64,000 nucleotides of DNA from Camelus dromedarius (lineage: Eukaryota). The notes beneath the pieces were generated by a model. That model made no database searches. It had not been told where the DNA came from and worked only from the letters and a program-made list of their open reading frames with translations. The stretch is from assembly GCF_036321535.1 (NCBI RefSeq), contig NC_087437.1, positions 29,514,001 through 29,578,000 on the forward strand. The letters run 5' to 3'. Below, piece by piece: positions 13,076-26,315 of this stretch (positions are counted from its first letter, which is position 1; each line of letters begins with the position of its first letter). A program made the translations under genes and the position numbers.

Positions 13076-14992
13076 TACCCTAATATTTCATATTTCAGTC
13101 CTGAATTCATAAGTTATATCTTCTCTCTTTCTGTTCCTTTTACTTTTGCTTCTCTTACCGTTTCTCCTTCCCGTGCACACTTCTACAAGGATGTTGTGAT
13201 AGAAAATTCAACAATTAATTTCAGAGGAAAGCAGGAGGATGACAGGATGTACAACACTTCATTCAGTTGATCCACTTAATTTCCCAGGGGTCTACTTTAA
13301 TATTCTTACTTTTAAAATATTTAAACAATAGGAATTGGGCAGTTCCTCTTGTTGAAAGCAAGAATAAACTTATCAAAATGCCCTAGGTTTTAAAATTTTT
13401 AGTATCTAATTAATTTTTCTTCAGTCTCAGCTGGGCCTTTAGGCAATCCTAGAGAAAAGGGCACAGAATACATGACAAGATTTTTGCTGTGACTCAACTT
13501 GTCTCATTTATATCCTAATTGAAGTGAGAAAAATTCTGTGGGAATACTTAGTGCCTCAACTTAATCCTGAATCATGTGGGAAGCCTATGTGAACTTTATT
13601 AAGAGCTTTGCAAGGCAACTGATTGTCCCAGTCCTCTGAGCAATTCCTCCACTCTCCTCTTAATGACAGATGTTGGCAGTCTAGACCATTCCCCTGGATT
13701 TGATTCTGTATTTTAACTATGGTAAATTTCCCAGAAGCATAATACTGTTTTCCATAGAAACACATAATGGTAAGAAACCCACACACACTTAAAATACAAA
13801 TTTTAAGGATGACAGAATATCTATGTATGGCTGATAAAAAAAAAAAAAGTAGACTGGGAAATAAGACATCTAATTGTAAACACTATTCTGTCATTTGGAC
13901 TTTAAGCAAATCCTTAAAATGTCCCAGTTTCCTGTTTTCTGGAAATTACCAAAAGAACATTTACCAAACATTGAGTCATAGAGGAGTAAATTGAGAGAAA
14001 TGTATGCCATTAATTAACCTAGTTCTTCTGAATAGTTAGTTGTATGATTCTTGAACACTTGTACATGACTGAGAGTAGCCCACTTTATGTTTATGAAATG
14101 TTTGTTAAATAAAATTATAGCATTTTAGAAATCTTGCCAAATTATCTCATTTGAAAGATTAGAAAAACTGAAGATTGGAGCCATTTAATCATCTCAGTGA
14201 TAGAGTTGGGACGAGAAAACATGTTTCCTTTCCTTTTCCAGTCCTCCTTCTACTTTACCCCCATTTTTTAAAAATTTAGCAATCTACAAATGAGGGCTTA
14301 CATATTACTGAGAGCAGTAATTTCATAGTGCATTCATGCATGACATACATCCCTTTCTTCTACAGCAGTTCTTACTGGAACATCAAATTTTAAGATAAGA
14401 GTATCAAGTTAACGAACATTTGTAAATAAATATGAGCCAGTCAAATAGGACGGATTAAATCTCAATCATTGTGAGTGGAGAGTTTGCACTAAAATAATAA
14501 GATCAGGCTCTTTCCACATAGCTGTCTACAAGTTCCAAATGAAATTTCTCCATCTTCACCACTTGAAAGCACAAATACAATTTGGCCTTCTTTATTTTGA
14601 TTAGTTTTTACCCTGAGAGTATGTGTCTTTGTGGGTACAATTAAATGAAGCTCAGAGACATATCCAATATGAGAGGTGAGAAAGAGTTTAGTAGTCTAAT
14701 CTTACTATTCATGGAAATAATCTGCATTTAACCAACTTTACTAAGGAATCTGACATATATAGAAAAGCAAAAGGCAGTCACTCTGGTAGTCTAGGGTTTT
14801 AGTAAAAGAGACAGCAAGAGTTGGATATAGGTGGAGGCAGCCTGGAGACAAATCAAAGCAGATGGCTGATTTAAGAGATGATGTAGGCCTAAGGTACTGC
14901 TAGCATCAAGTGTAGATAAAATAATAAGGGCAAGAAAAAGATCAGGCATAGTGAGTAAAGATTCTGAATCACCAGGCTGGAGAAACTGCATT

Positions 14993-15590
14993 GTGTCAAT
15001 GTCATTTCTAGTCAAAGACCACAGGAAGACACTTGTAGTTGAACAAGTGAGTGTGTTACTTGTTGCAACAAGGCAGAATGCTCACCATGAAAACTAATGG
15101 GGCATCTTAGGAAGAGAGCGTTAGGAAGAATTTATTATATGATGTTGGCTTTGGTTGGGTAATTTGGGAACTAATGCAAGGTAGTGAGCATTCACTCCTG
15201 ACCAGGTTTTCCAAAATGTGGGAACAATTTTACAGTTAGATATCACCATAAATCTTACCTACAGGGAGGGCAAACTAAAGTGAGGCTAAAGCCGTGATTG
15301 ATAAAGAAGCAGCAGTCACTCATGTTAGCCAGAAGAAGTGGTGTTTGTTGTCTTTGTGGTTAGGACCGTGTTCCCATTTTGCCTGCATTTAGGCATGGTT
15401 AGAGAGCAGTCTTGTTTTTTCTCTTCATCCGTCATAGTCACAGAATGGCGTGGTCTGATGTTGATGTTCTCTGGCATTGCTTATGTTCAGCAAAAGAACA
15501 CCAAGACCTGGGTGTGAGCACCAGGTCCAAGTCCCAGCTGATCACGCCACGTCAGATCCTGAAGGTCAGGGGCTGCTTTTCTCTTTATCT
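14993..15590 (-). mobile_element. Old ERVL-type solo LTR (possibly MER76-like)
   Basis: LTR-like length and content; end gtcaggggctgcttttctcttt resembles a recalled consensus. Family uncertain. Confidence 0.45.
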
Positions 15591-17849
15591 GTTGGGCATG
15601 GTGTAGGAGACCAGATAGCTCTATAGGAAAGTGTGTCTAATAAAGAGAAATCATACACACAAGTCTTTATTCTGTTTAGGTCCATTAAGTTATACTGAGT
15701 TAAGCTTGATTTTAGAATACAGATATTGCTAATAAAATTAATAAGTTTGCTATTGGGCTTTCTCTGTTGATATGAGCATGTCTTGTCTGACTGGAATGGC
15801 TTTAGTACCGAGAGTCAGAGTAGTGTGTGACTGAAAGCCAGATCTGGGACAAGGTCATGAAGGAGCTTCTGAAATTTGGCCAAACATCACACTATATTGG
15901 AGCAAGGTTGGGCTTATATGAAGAATATCCCAAATGTTCACCAAACCGTTGCCAGCATGAGGGTATATGAGTAAAAATTTAGATAGACAAAAGCACAAGC
16001 AAACACATTAAAAGAAAGAAATATCTGGCTAAAAAGAAAAGCGCCCCACCCACCAAATTGCAGATTATATAGGAAGTGTCCCTCTCAGATTAACTCTGAG
16101 CCCATACTGCCAGCCTTACATTACATGGCCCAGGCCAGTGTATTCCAAAGTGATCTACATAAAGGTATTTCAGGACCGCCACACACTTGTGATTCAATAT
16201 TATTTTCATTTTTAGTTTATAGCAGTACTGGAAAGAAAAGGTATTCACACACTTAATGAAATTATATGCTACATTTTAACAATGAAGAGCAGTGAAGACA
16301 ATCAACTTGTTCCCTTATGATAGAAATCTAATTCATATGTCTGAAGATCTCAGAAAGAACAGATCTGTGCACATAAAATTTTCCCGATGAGTACATCTCC
16401 ACTGTGTATTATGCTGGGCTTAATTAGTGACTGGATAAGAATTAGTATCAATGCGATGATGCCTGTCACCCAGCTGAGTGATAATGGAGTAGGATTTCTT
16501 TATAAAATTCTGGATACTAGCCCCATTGTACACATTGCAGGTAATGCACTTTGCTATTATAATTTTTATTATTATTTTTAGTTTTCAATTGTATTCCTGA
16601 TGGTTAGGATTGTCTGAAAAGCTACTGCAGGCATTCCTACAATTAGGTTTATTTATTTATTTATTTATTTTGCTGTTTATAAGCAAAAACATTCAACCTG
16701 AGATGATTTAAAGCCTAAGGCAGAATTTTCATCCTTTGTTATATACAAAATGGAACAAACATGACTAAAAAAAAATTAAGCAATAAACTTAAATTTGATC
16801 AGCTTTAATTTGCTTTTTAGTAAAGTAATCGTCTTGGAAGTAGATGTAATATACCCTTCATATCTCTCCCTAAATTAGCTAATTTGGGAAAATTATTTCA
16901 GAGAGATTTCAAGTTATGCTAAGTCTCTTCTAAAACAAATGTATTCCTCTGTCAGTGAAAATTGGGAAAAATAAAGGGCACATTAGCGTACAAAATGTAA
17001 AAAAACAAAAACAACAAACCAGTGCTGAAAAATCAAACCCTCTTGTAGCTAATTCTGGTAGCAGAAGCAACTCTGTGGATTTTGCACACTGTATATATTT
17101 TGCTAACAGACTAAAAGGTTAAACAAATTTAAACTATTCGACTGAAACTGGTCCCCCAAGCTATTTCAACCTAGTTTCTCTGACAAATCTAAAGAGAACA
17201 AAAATGGCAGCTCTTTTTTCCTTCAGTTTTACATTTTTGTAGATGTTGATTTCTAATTAGTTACTTATTCCCTTTTTTTGCTCACATCTTGTATCCTGAT
17301 AATACTAAAGCGTGTTCATTTTATAAGATCTCTATTAGTTGAGATGGGAAGACATTCAGAATTCAGGTAGAAGAGATTTTTTTATAAACTTGTATTCCTA
17401 GAATTCTAGAGACAGTGTTTTAAAAATTTTTAATAGAAACTCTTGTTTTTGGAACTGTATGTTCCTTTTTTTCTGAATACATTTTTATCATATCCTTGTT
17501 TTTATAAATTGGCACAAAATACTCCTTCCATTTTATCAGTACAATTTGTCCATTGACCTAATAGAATTAGAAATACTGTTCTCTAAATTTTTTCTTATTT
17601 GTCCTCTATGCTTCATAGAAAATTGCACGCAGTGTGCTAAGAGGACAGATATTGATGGCCTCCAAAACCAAACTATTTGACTTTTAGGAGAGTGGATCAG
17701 CCTGAAGCAGTATTGTAGAGGAGAAGAAGTTGGTCTCCAGTAACCTTATCTCTCTTATCTTCACTCTTTCTTCTTTTAAACATTCCTCCCAAACACCCTC
17801 CCCCAAGACACATACTTCCCCACCTATGCACTCCCCCTCCACCTAGACA

Positions 17850-17950
17850 ACATGCCAATGAATGGAAATGGCTGTGTTCCAATAAAACTTTATTTATAAA
17901 AACAAGCTGTGGGCCTGATATGACTCATAAGTCAAAGTCTGCCAACCTTT
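17850..17950. mobile_element. MER58A-like fragment
   Basis: ggctgtgttccaataaaactttatttataaaaacaagctgtgggcc. Confidence 0.75.
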
Positions 17951-17986
17951 TCCCTAGACCCTTGGTGATAAAGCCAGTTAGCTGTG

Positions 17987-18160
17987 CTCATTCATTCATT
18001 TACCCACTTACTCAATCAATAAATGAATATTGAGCACCTACTCTACATCAGTTACTTGACAGGACATATTAATAGAAAGGTGACTGAAACAGTCTTTCCC
18101 CATGTGAGCTCAGAGTTCCAGAGGAAAGATAGATTTGTTGAAAAATCGTAAGTTGACAAG
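17987..18160 (-). mobile_element. L2 3' end
   Basis: cattcattcattt...aatattgagcacctact. Confidence 0.65.
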
Positions 18161-18165
18161 GTAAG

Positions 18166-18665
18166 TGTGTATCGTTTTAGATTTTTTGTTGTTGCAATTA
18201 AACAGTAAACGTTCCCCAAATGGGATTAAGCAAAAGATAGCATACTGGCTCATGTAAGCAAAAGTTCTGGAGACTTTTGAAAAAGGGATCTACCCAAGAC
18301 TTACCTCTGCTTTCTTGAGTGGACTCCATTTTCGGGCTCCATGTGTGATCCCAAGAAGATTCAGGATCATATCAGCACCACGCTTCAAACCAGAAGAAAT
18401 AATCTGGCTTCTTGATAACATAAAGCTCTGGGTTTAAGTCTCGTTGGCTCTCATAAGATGGTTTGAGTGATGTGCCCGCCCCATCACTGTGTTTGGGGGA
18501 TGGAATATACTGACTGATTTAGTTTAGGTCAGCTTCTCCAGTCTGAGAAATTGAGAAAAGCATGACCCAGAGCACATGGGCTGGGTGGAGAGGGCTGATT
18601 TCCCCAAAGTAAAATCAGGTATAATTATCATAACTTACAGACGCTGTGTGGCCAAAACAACCAGT
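18166..18665 (-). mobile_element. Old MaLR LTR (MLT1-like)
   Basis: gttgcaattaaacagtaaac...ttaagcaaaaga...tggctcatgtaa pattern. Confidence 0.45.
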
Positions 18666-19284
18666 GCCCAGCTCAAAGTAAAACAGAGTGGGCAAAGAGC
18701 CATAGGAGCAGTTTTCTGTCATTCTGCTAGGAAGGATCATTGCCTTCTTCTGGGTGACGAGGATGCTGACTTGTACATAATCCACCAATGAGATCCTATC
18801 CCTGTCCATTGTGCTGTTATTCATTGCAGGCCTCCCCAGACTCTCTACAGGTGGGACTGCTGCTCTTGACCTTGGTCTCTGTGACTAGGCCATTGATATG
18901 TGATGCCAAACCTCCCTGGCATGAGTTGCTTGCTGCCCATGATCTACAGATGACCACATCCCTCACCTATAGTCTGTCTACCTACTGGGATGATTGACCA
19001 CCAACCTGGATGGTCTTCATTGTCTGATCCAAGGACAATGGAAAATTGGCATAATTTTTGGTCACTCAAGGCCCTCTGTGACTGTGCCCCATTTCCACAG
19101 TCCTAATAGGGACAAGTTGTTAATGTGTAATTTCAAACATCTGGAAAAGGAGTTTAATTGTCAGGGAAAAGGGTCATCTTAGTAATCAGGATATTACGTC
19201 ATAGATGCAACTCTTCATATTATATGTGCATAAGCCCAATCCTAATCATACAATTAAGACTAACAGCAACAACAATACAATTAT

Positions 19285-20275
19285 AATAGTAGTAATGTAA
19301 CATTAATTAAAATGCTTCCCATATATCCAGGTTCAGTTCTAAACATATATGTTCTTTTTTTTTTTTTTTTGCATTTGTCTTTTTTTTCATTGAAGTATAT
19401 TTGATTTACAATGTTGTGTTATTTTCTGGTGTACAGCACACTGATTCAGTTATATATGTATTTTTTTATACTCTTTTTCATCATAAGTTATTAGCAGATA
19501 TTGAGTGTAGTTCCCTCTGCTATACTGTAGGATCTTGTTGTTTATTTATTTTATATATGGTAGTTTGTATCTGCTAATCCCACAGTCCTAATTTATCCCT
19601 CCCCTCTTCCCCTTTGGTAACCATAAGTTTGTTTTGTATGTCCTTAAGTCTGTTTCTGTTTTGTAAATAAATTCACTTGTATCATTTTTTTTAGATTCTA
19701 CATATAAGTGGTATATGATATTTGTCTTTCTCTGTCTGACTTACTCCACTTAATATGATAATCTCTAGGTCTATCCATGTTGCTACAAATGACATTATTT
19801 CATTCTTTTTTGTGGCTTGAGTAGTATCCCATTGTGTGTGTGTGTGTGTGTGTGTGTCTGTGTGAACACCACATCTTCTTATCCAGTCATCTGTTGATGG
19901 ACATTTAGGTTGTGTCTGTGTCTTGACTATTGTAAATAGTGCTGCTATGAATATTGGGGTGCATGTATCTTTTCAAATTAGAGTCTTCTCTGGATATATG
20001 CCCTGGAGTGAGATTGCTGGAACATATAGTAACTTTATTTTTATTTTTTTAAGGAATCTCCATACTGTTTCCCATAGTGGCTGCACCAAGTTACATCCCC
20101 ACCAATAGTGTAGGAGGGTTAACTCTTAATCCTCACCACAACACTGAGTGGTGGATATGATGTTACCCTTACTTTGTAGATGAGGATCCTAGAATTAAGT
20201 TTAAATATTTTGCTTATCTAGAGTGGAGCACAGTCAGGATTTGAACCCAGACAGCCTGGTTTCCATCTCTGTGTA
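19285..20275 (-). mobile_element. MIR split by an L1 insertion
   Basis: MIR motifs at 19285-19354 resume at 20121 (ttaatcctcaccacaac...tttgtagatgagga...ggatttgaacccagacag). Confidence 0.65.
19355..20120 (-). mobile_element. 5'-truncated lineage-specific L1 3' end
   Basis: Poly-T tail, 3'UTR and antisense ORF2 C-terminus (gtaaatagtgctgctatgaatattggggtgcatg); internal (TG)12 at 19833-19856. Confidence 0.92.
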
Positions 20276-21642
20276 AGGATTCTGCCACATATTGTAGGGC
20301 TCTATTTCCAACCTGCTGTGAAACACAGCTTTGCAGCTTTGGCATCATGTACATTTTAAGAGGCTTGAGATCACCAGCTGCAGAGAAAGAAGTAAACCCC
20401 CTTTCGTTCAAACTTCAGGGCCATATTTAGTTGTCCTAAATTCTGACATAACATTTTCATAAACCATGCTGTATCATGTAGAGCATTTCAGTTCTCTCTC
20501 TTGATTTTCTGAGTAGTTGCTAAATGGAAATTACTAATCATCTAACTTAAAAAGGACTTCTGACTGAAAATTAGAATGGGATATCTATCTGAAACACAGT
20601 AATTTGACTAAAATTTTTTCCATAGGGAGATTATAACTATACTAAGTAATTACATTTATACATCAAGTGCCTAATGAGGGATGAGAGTGCCTCTAAAGTA
20701 GCCAGAATCCAAATATAATTTTTCTTCTGTCTTGTATGGATTTTTTAAAAAAGGTCTAGTGATTGTTTCTTGGGTTTTAACAAAGTAATACAATATAAAA
20801 TGCCACTTTACAAACTTTTTTTAGTAAAAATTATTCCTGTAAATTTATAGTTGAAAGTAATTTGTGGCCTGGCTTTTAAAAGTGTGTGTGTGTGTGTGCA
20901 CGCACGCATGTGCACTTGTGTGACATCTTCTGTGGTTTGAAAATGTGAGAGATTTTGTTTTTCTAAAATGAAAATAACAACTTAGCAGGACCTAAATATT
21001 CTTAATTTCTCCCTTTGGAACATAAAACAAGATTATTGAGTAATAATTCTACCAAAGCACACTTGGAAATTATTGCTAATAAATGAACTCATGTTGTTTT
21101 TAGTATTACTTTGCTACAACATGCGTGTCTTTTCACTTTGGATTTAAATGCTAGAATTGCTTGATTGTATTTTACAGATCTCTCACTGTTTTCCTCTTTG
21201 ATAGGGCATCCATATGAGTATTAAGCAACCATGGAGCAGGAGTGAATCCACCGTTCATTTCTAAATGCATATAATTTCAGAAGATTTATAGGAGTTTGAA
21301 AGAGTTAGTGGTAGTATTGGCAAATGAGGGTGAATTGTTTCAATTTTAGGAGTGAATTGCTTTTTATGTTTATTGCTTTTCTGTGTTCATAATAAAAGTG
21401 CTCATAAAAAAGGCAAAACAGTACAAAACAGAAAATTATTTTTTTAAATAGATGATCATTTCCAGAAATGATGGAAAGATGAGTTAATGTATCTTTTACC
21501 CAGTTTCTGGTTGTGTATATTATTAACACTCCTTCCCTCCATTTATGAGACTAATTGAGATTTACGCTATCTCATATGCTACTTTCAAAACTGTGCATTA
21601 GTACAAAATGACTTCAATGAGCTTTCTACTCACAACTGGCTA

Positions 21643-21865
21643 GTGTTTTTTAAGTCTTTAATATGTATCAGGCATTTTTCAAAGTATAACAAGGATTCTC
21701 TCATTTAATCTTCATAATCCTATCAGGAGTTTACTTTTACTATTCCTGTTGTATAGATGTGGAATCTGAGACCAAGTAACTTACCCAGGGTCTCACACAG
21801 TTAGTCAGTGGTAGAGCTGGAGAACCCACGCAGTCTGACTCCAGAAACCGTACACTTAACAATCC
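21643..21865 (-). mobile_element. MIR
   Basis: tctcatttaatcttcataatcc...aagtaacttacccagggtc...cagtctgactccaga. Confidence 0.8.
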
Positions 21866-23214
21866 ATTGTTTTGCACCCATCAGAAAGAATTCTGCTGAA
21901 AATTAGTTGAAATACTCTTATTTCTGAGAGCATTTACAATATGGCCATAGGGTTCATGCAGCTACTTTACTGCTTGGCAGCTGATATTCACACTCATCAA
22001 ATAGTAATACCTATTAAGCATTCATCTTTTTTGGTCTCTTTCTAATATAGCACTCTTTCCTCTTCTTATGTTCCTCCTGGGATGTGTCCCTGCCCAATTA
22101 AAGATGAGAGAGCATAGTACCTATTTGAAGTTCATAGCTTTAGAGATCCCTGACTCAAGTCCCAGACACAGCTGATTAGACCAGAGGTGGTCAAATAATA
22201 AGTGAAATCACAGGTCATGAGCTATCCTAGCAAAAAAGCTCTGCCCAGAGAGGGAAAAGGGAAACTAAATGGACCGACCAGATTTCATTTCACCCATTTG
22301 AATGTAAGACACAGACATATTTAGTTTGAGAAATGGAAAGGCTTTGGAGTTAGCTCCATATACAGCTTCTTATTAAAAATTTCAAAACTTGTTTACTCAA
22401 GTAGCTCTAAAATAGTTTTGCAAAACTTTGTACCTTATTGCCCATTTTAAGTTGTACTATTTTTATCATAAATTTAAAGTTGCAAAGGATACATTTTCTA
22501 ACATTTGTAAATATTGAGATTTAAAAATAGAAATAGTCTGTCTTTTTTGAAGTAGAATCTTAGACATGAGCAAGAGGAACCCTGCTTACCACAAGGCACA
22601 ACATCTAAATTCATTTTTAAAAACTCTTAGGACACTCTATTACTCAGGAGCTGGCATTTAATGCTCACACAGAAAGGACCTGTAATGCTAGGTATCTGTG
22701 TTCAATACAAACACCATTCAAACCCCAGGGAATTGCCTTCGCACATCTCATGACCTTGAATTCCACACAGAGGGAGACTGCATCTCAGTGTCGTAAATGT
22801 AGAATGTGCTGTCACTGATGCCTGAGTCAGACACTTTTTTGGAAGCAGTGTAGATTTGAGTAGACAAAGTGCTTAAGTAAGAGAAGGACAAATTAATTCA
22901 TCAAATCCCTGTACCATATGGCACGAAAGTTAACATATTCTTGTAAGAACAAAGTAATATTTCCCAGAGGGTCAAGTATCCATTTTCTTGCCCCTTTGAT
23001 TTCTGATTAAAGTGATATTCGAAAGAGTTGCACGTAGTAGCTAAATATTATTTATCGATAATAAACATACTCTTTTATTTGCATATATGAATATCTAGAC
23101 CATTTTTTGCACTAGCAACTAGTTGGAAATTGAATTACAGTAGAATTACAAATAATTTTCTTTTTATAAATGTATTTAATAATATGTAATTTAGTGTTCA
23201 AAAATTGATTTTCA

Positions 23215-23350
23215 GGGGAATGGTATAGCTCAGTGGTAGTGTGTGATTAGCATGCACAAGGTCTGGGCTTAATCCCCAGTACCCCTGTTAAAAATAAAGA
23301 AAGAAAGAAACAAACAAACAACAAACCTGATTACCCCCACAAAAAAGAAA
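23215..23350 (+). mobile_element. tRNA-derived SINE, vic-1-like
   Basis: ggggaatggtatagctcagtggtag A box, degenerate B box, A-rich tail; imperfect TSD aaaaattgattttca / aaaagttaattttga. Confidence 0.88.
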
Positions 23351-23792
23351 AAAAGTTAATTTTGATGTAAAAGTTCAATGCATATTGTTTACAGTTGGTA
23401 CATTACCTTTTAATTTTAATGAATAATTTTGATTATTTCAGTAAAAGTAACTTTTTAAAACATGAAAAAATAGTTCATATTGTTTTCACATTTATGTAAT
23501 TCCTTATAAACATTTTTCAATTTTGTGCACTTTGAATATAATTACGTTTTATTTTTAATCTTCAGGTTTTTGCCGTCAGTAAAATGCAAATTTCATGAAA
23601 ATTTTGATTAAGACAACAGAATAAGAAATTGATGAAGTAGGGCCAAAAGTGAAATTTATGGAAAAACATTTAGCAATTTATATAATATGTATATCTTTTT
23701 TTTGTTTCCAAATGCAGCTGGTTTACCAACACCCAAACATACCCAATAATAAGTAAATTCAGTCCTCATTAATATTTTGCCAACTTTGAAAC

Positions 23793-24276
23793 TGTCGACT
23801 GAAATAAATGCACAGCCTAAAACTTGAGAGTTACGTTTTATTTGGCAGGAGGACTCGAGCCGGGATGACAGCCTCTCAGATCTGAGTCTGAGAGACTGCT
23901 CTGAAGAGGTAGTGGAGGAGCTAGGACATATAGGAGCTTTACAACAAAGACCAGGTAGTTGGAACAATAAAATATTACTTGTTACCTAAAGAAGAACAGG
24001 CATCTCAAGTTAAAAGAATTTAGTGCTTTTCTATGTATGGGAGGAAGCAAACATTTGGGCTCATTGAATTCATTCCTTTGACAAGCACCTAGCTATCTAG
24101 GGCCAGTATCCTGTCCTTTCTTATTCTGAGTCCCCTCAGGGTGCACCATTGTGAGTGGCTGCAGAGGCTGGGCTGCAGGCTTGTCTCCACTGTGGGGGGC
24201 AGTGGCAGCCACTGATGACTTGATGGCTTCAGCATTCTTTATTTACTGATATGGTTTGCAGTATTTTTTGTTCACA
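23793..24276 (-). mobile_element. ERV1 solo LTR, MER41-like
   Basis: 484 bp with TG...CA termini; 4-bp flanks aaac/agac; AATAAA on the minus strand (ttttatt near 23836-23842). Confidence 0.8.
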
Positions 24277-25094
24277 AGACCTATAAAAAACAAAATTTTA
24301 CATGAATTGTTTTTCTGTCACATTGACAGTACATTTTCCAAGGTAGAATAAAACATTTTGCTTTATGATTGTTTGCTTGACTTGAAACTCTTAAATATGT
24401 AAGACTGTAGTAGGTGGGCCTCCACTCATTCTCATGGTCCAGGCACCACTAACATTTGGGGCAGCCCAGCCTGAATGTATCGAATAGAATCTAACTGCCA
24501 TAGTGATTTGATGCTCATCTCCACCCATTTAAAAAATCAATCATCACATTTTTCTTAAAGAGTCAAAAACTCACATTGTTCCTTTCTTTGTACTCAAATT
24601 TCCATTTCACTTCCCCACAGATGTTTCTCATAACGCAGTATTTCTACTAAATAGACTTAGACCCAAAGGCCTGTTATTAACCAGGCTATCAATCTTTTCT
24701 GCAAAGAAGTATATAAATTGAAATTCATTTTTTATTTTTGCATCCATGTTAAAAACACATTTGTGAGCTGAGTATTATTACTATCATCATTAACATGCAA
24801 ATGATGAAAGTATACCAAGAGTCTTGATAAAAATATTGAACACAAAAATATATCATATAATGAGATAGCTGGGGAGGCTTTAATTAGTTCATGTAGCTGT
24901 GGATACTTACTACTTGTTGCTAGCATAGGGTTAGGTTTTAACATCAGTTCTGTTCTACGTGTTCATTTTTAGAAATGTAAGTTCTGAGAAACTTTCTTCA
25001 CATAAATAAGTAGAGGAAATGGAAGGAGCTTTTAATTCTCATTCAACCGTATCTGCCCTCAATTTTCTTGAAAAGAAAGAATTCAAGTTTAACA

Positions 25095-25788
25095 GCTCCT
25101 TTCCACTGCCACCACCCTGACCCAGCCAGCCACTAATCCCCTCTTGCCTGGATTATTACAGCAGGATCTTAATGGGTGTCCCTGCTTCCATCCTTGCCTT
25201 CTGTCAACCTATACCACATTATATTATAACAGCTACAGTGAATCTGTTAAATTAAAAGTAAAATCGTATCACACCCTTGGCTCCCCAAGTCACTCAGAAT
25301 AAAAGCCGAAAACCTTACCACGACCTTCAAAGCTCTGTAAGACCTGGTCTCCTTTTCCTTCTCTGACCTTACCTCCTATCCTTATCCAGTGCACTGCTTG
25401 GTCCACCCGCCCTACAGTCTTTGAGACTCCACCAGTCTTTGAGAGTCTGTGCACTAGTTTTCTCTCTTCCCTCAAAATTGCCAGTTACCTTCATTTTTAT
25501 AAGACCCTACTCCATCTGTGCAAAGCTAAACTTTCAGTACCTCTTTCCATTCATCCCTCTCTCCATCCCTATCCTTCCCACCAGTCATTTCCCATTTTCT
25601 TACTTTAATGTTTTCTCTCTAAAACTACCCCTCATGTGCCAGATAGTTTATATTTTAAACTTGTTTATAGTTATTCTACCAACCAAAAAATAAGTCTTAT
25701 GAAGGCACAGATTTTGGAAAGTGTCACTAACGGCTATCTCTCAGTGTCTGAAATAAAATATATGCTCAGTGAATACTTTTTTGAATGA
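25095..25788 (+). mobile_element. L2 3' portion
   Basis: ccactgccaccaccctg...ctcttgcctggattatta...cactcagaataaaagcc...tgctcagtgaatactttttgaatga. Confidence 0.75.
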
Positions 25789-25789
25789 T

Positions 25790-26315
25790 CGCATTGGTTT
25801 TCTCTGCTGCATAACAAATTACTACGAATGTAGCAGCTTAGAACAACATGCATTTATCATCTCACAGGTTCCTTGGGTCAGGACCCCTTGGGTCCTTGGG
25901 TCAGGCTGACTTAACTGGTACTTCTGCTCAAGGTCTCACCAGGATGTGGGAATCTCATTAGATGTCAGCCGGGCAACATTATTTCCTGAGTCCCATGGTC
26001 CTCTTCCAAGGTGGTCGTTGACAGAGTTCAGTTCCTTAGCATTAGTCCTTGGTTGCTGTCTCTCAGCTCCTAGGTGCCCCCCACAGTTCCTTGGTCCATG
26101 TTGCTCTTACAAGCCATCTCAGGGCTTGGCAGCTCACTTCCTCAAGACCAATAGGAGAACCTCTCCCTCTGGTGTGTTAAGATAGTTTTATACACTGTAA
26201 TATAATCTTGGGAGTAGCTATCCCATAATAGCCCACCCACTCTAGAGGGGAGAAATTATGCAAAGTGTTACACTTCAGGGGTTGGGAATCTTGAGTACCA
26301 TCCTAGACAATGACT
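25790..26315 (-). mobile_element. MaLR solo LTR (MLT1E/F-like)
   Basis: tgctgcataacaaattactac...gcagcttagaacaaca...tttatcatctcacag. Confidence 0.75.

Larger units (their letters stand above)
22565..24473. mobile_element. hAT-Tip100 (Zaphod/MER115-like) remnant
   Basis: Right end gtgggcctccactcattctcatggtccaggcaccactaacatttggggcagcccagcctg resembles the Zaphod terminus; AT-rich interior. Left boundary uncertain. Confidence 0.5.
22362..24870. mobile_element. Old hAT-Charlie-like DNA transposon in two pieces (22362-22560, 24474-24870)
   Basis: Both pieces resemble consecutive parts of one recalled consensus (gttgcaaaggat...gtaaatattga; then gaatctaactgccatagtgatttgat...cccatttaaaaaat). Confidence 0.45.

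Noticed and set aside
21178..21303. 126-bp segment with acceptor (ttttacag) and donor-like (gttagt) ends
   Set aside because: Stops in all three frames and no partner exons; a non-coding exon cannot be excluded.
23215..23290. tRNA-like sequence
   Set aside because: It is the SINE head: continues into linker and A tail, and the B box is degenerate.
25414..25905. Short direct repeats (cagtctttgaga x2; ccttgggtc x3)
   Set aside because: Local slippage duplications inside L2/MLT1; not a CRISPR-like or functional array.
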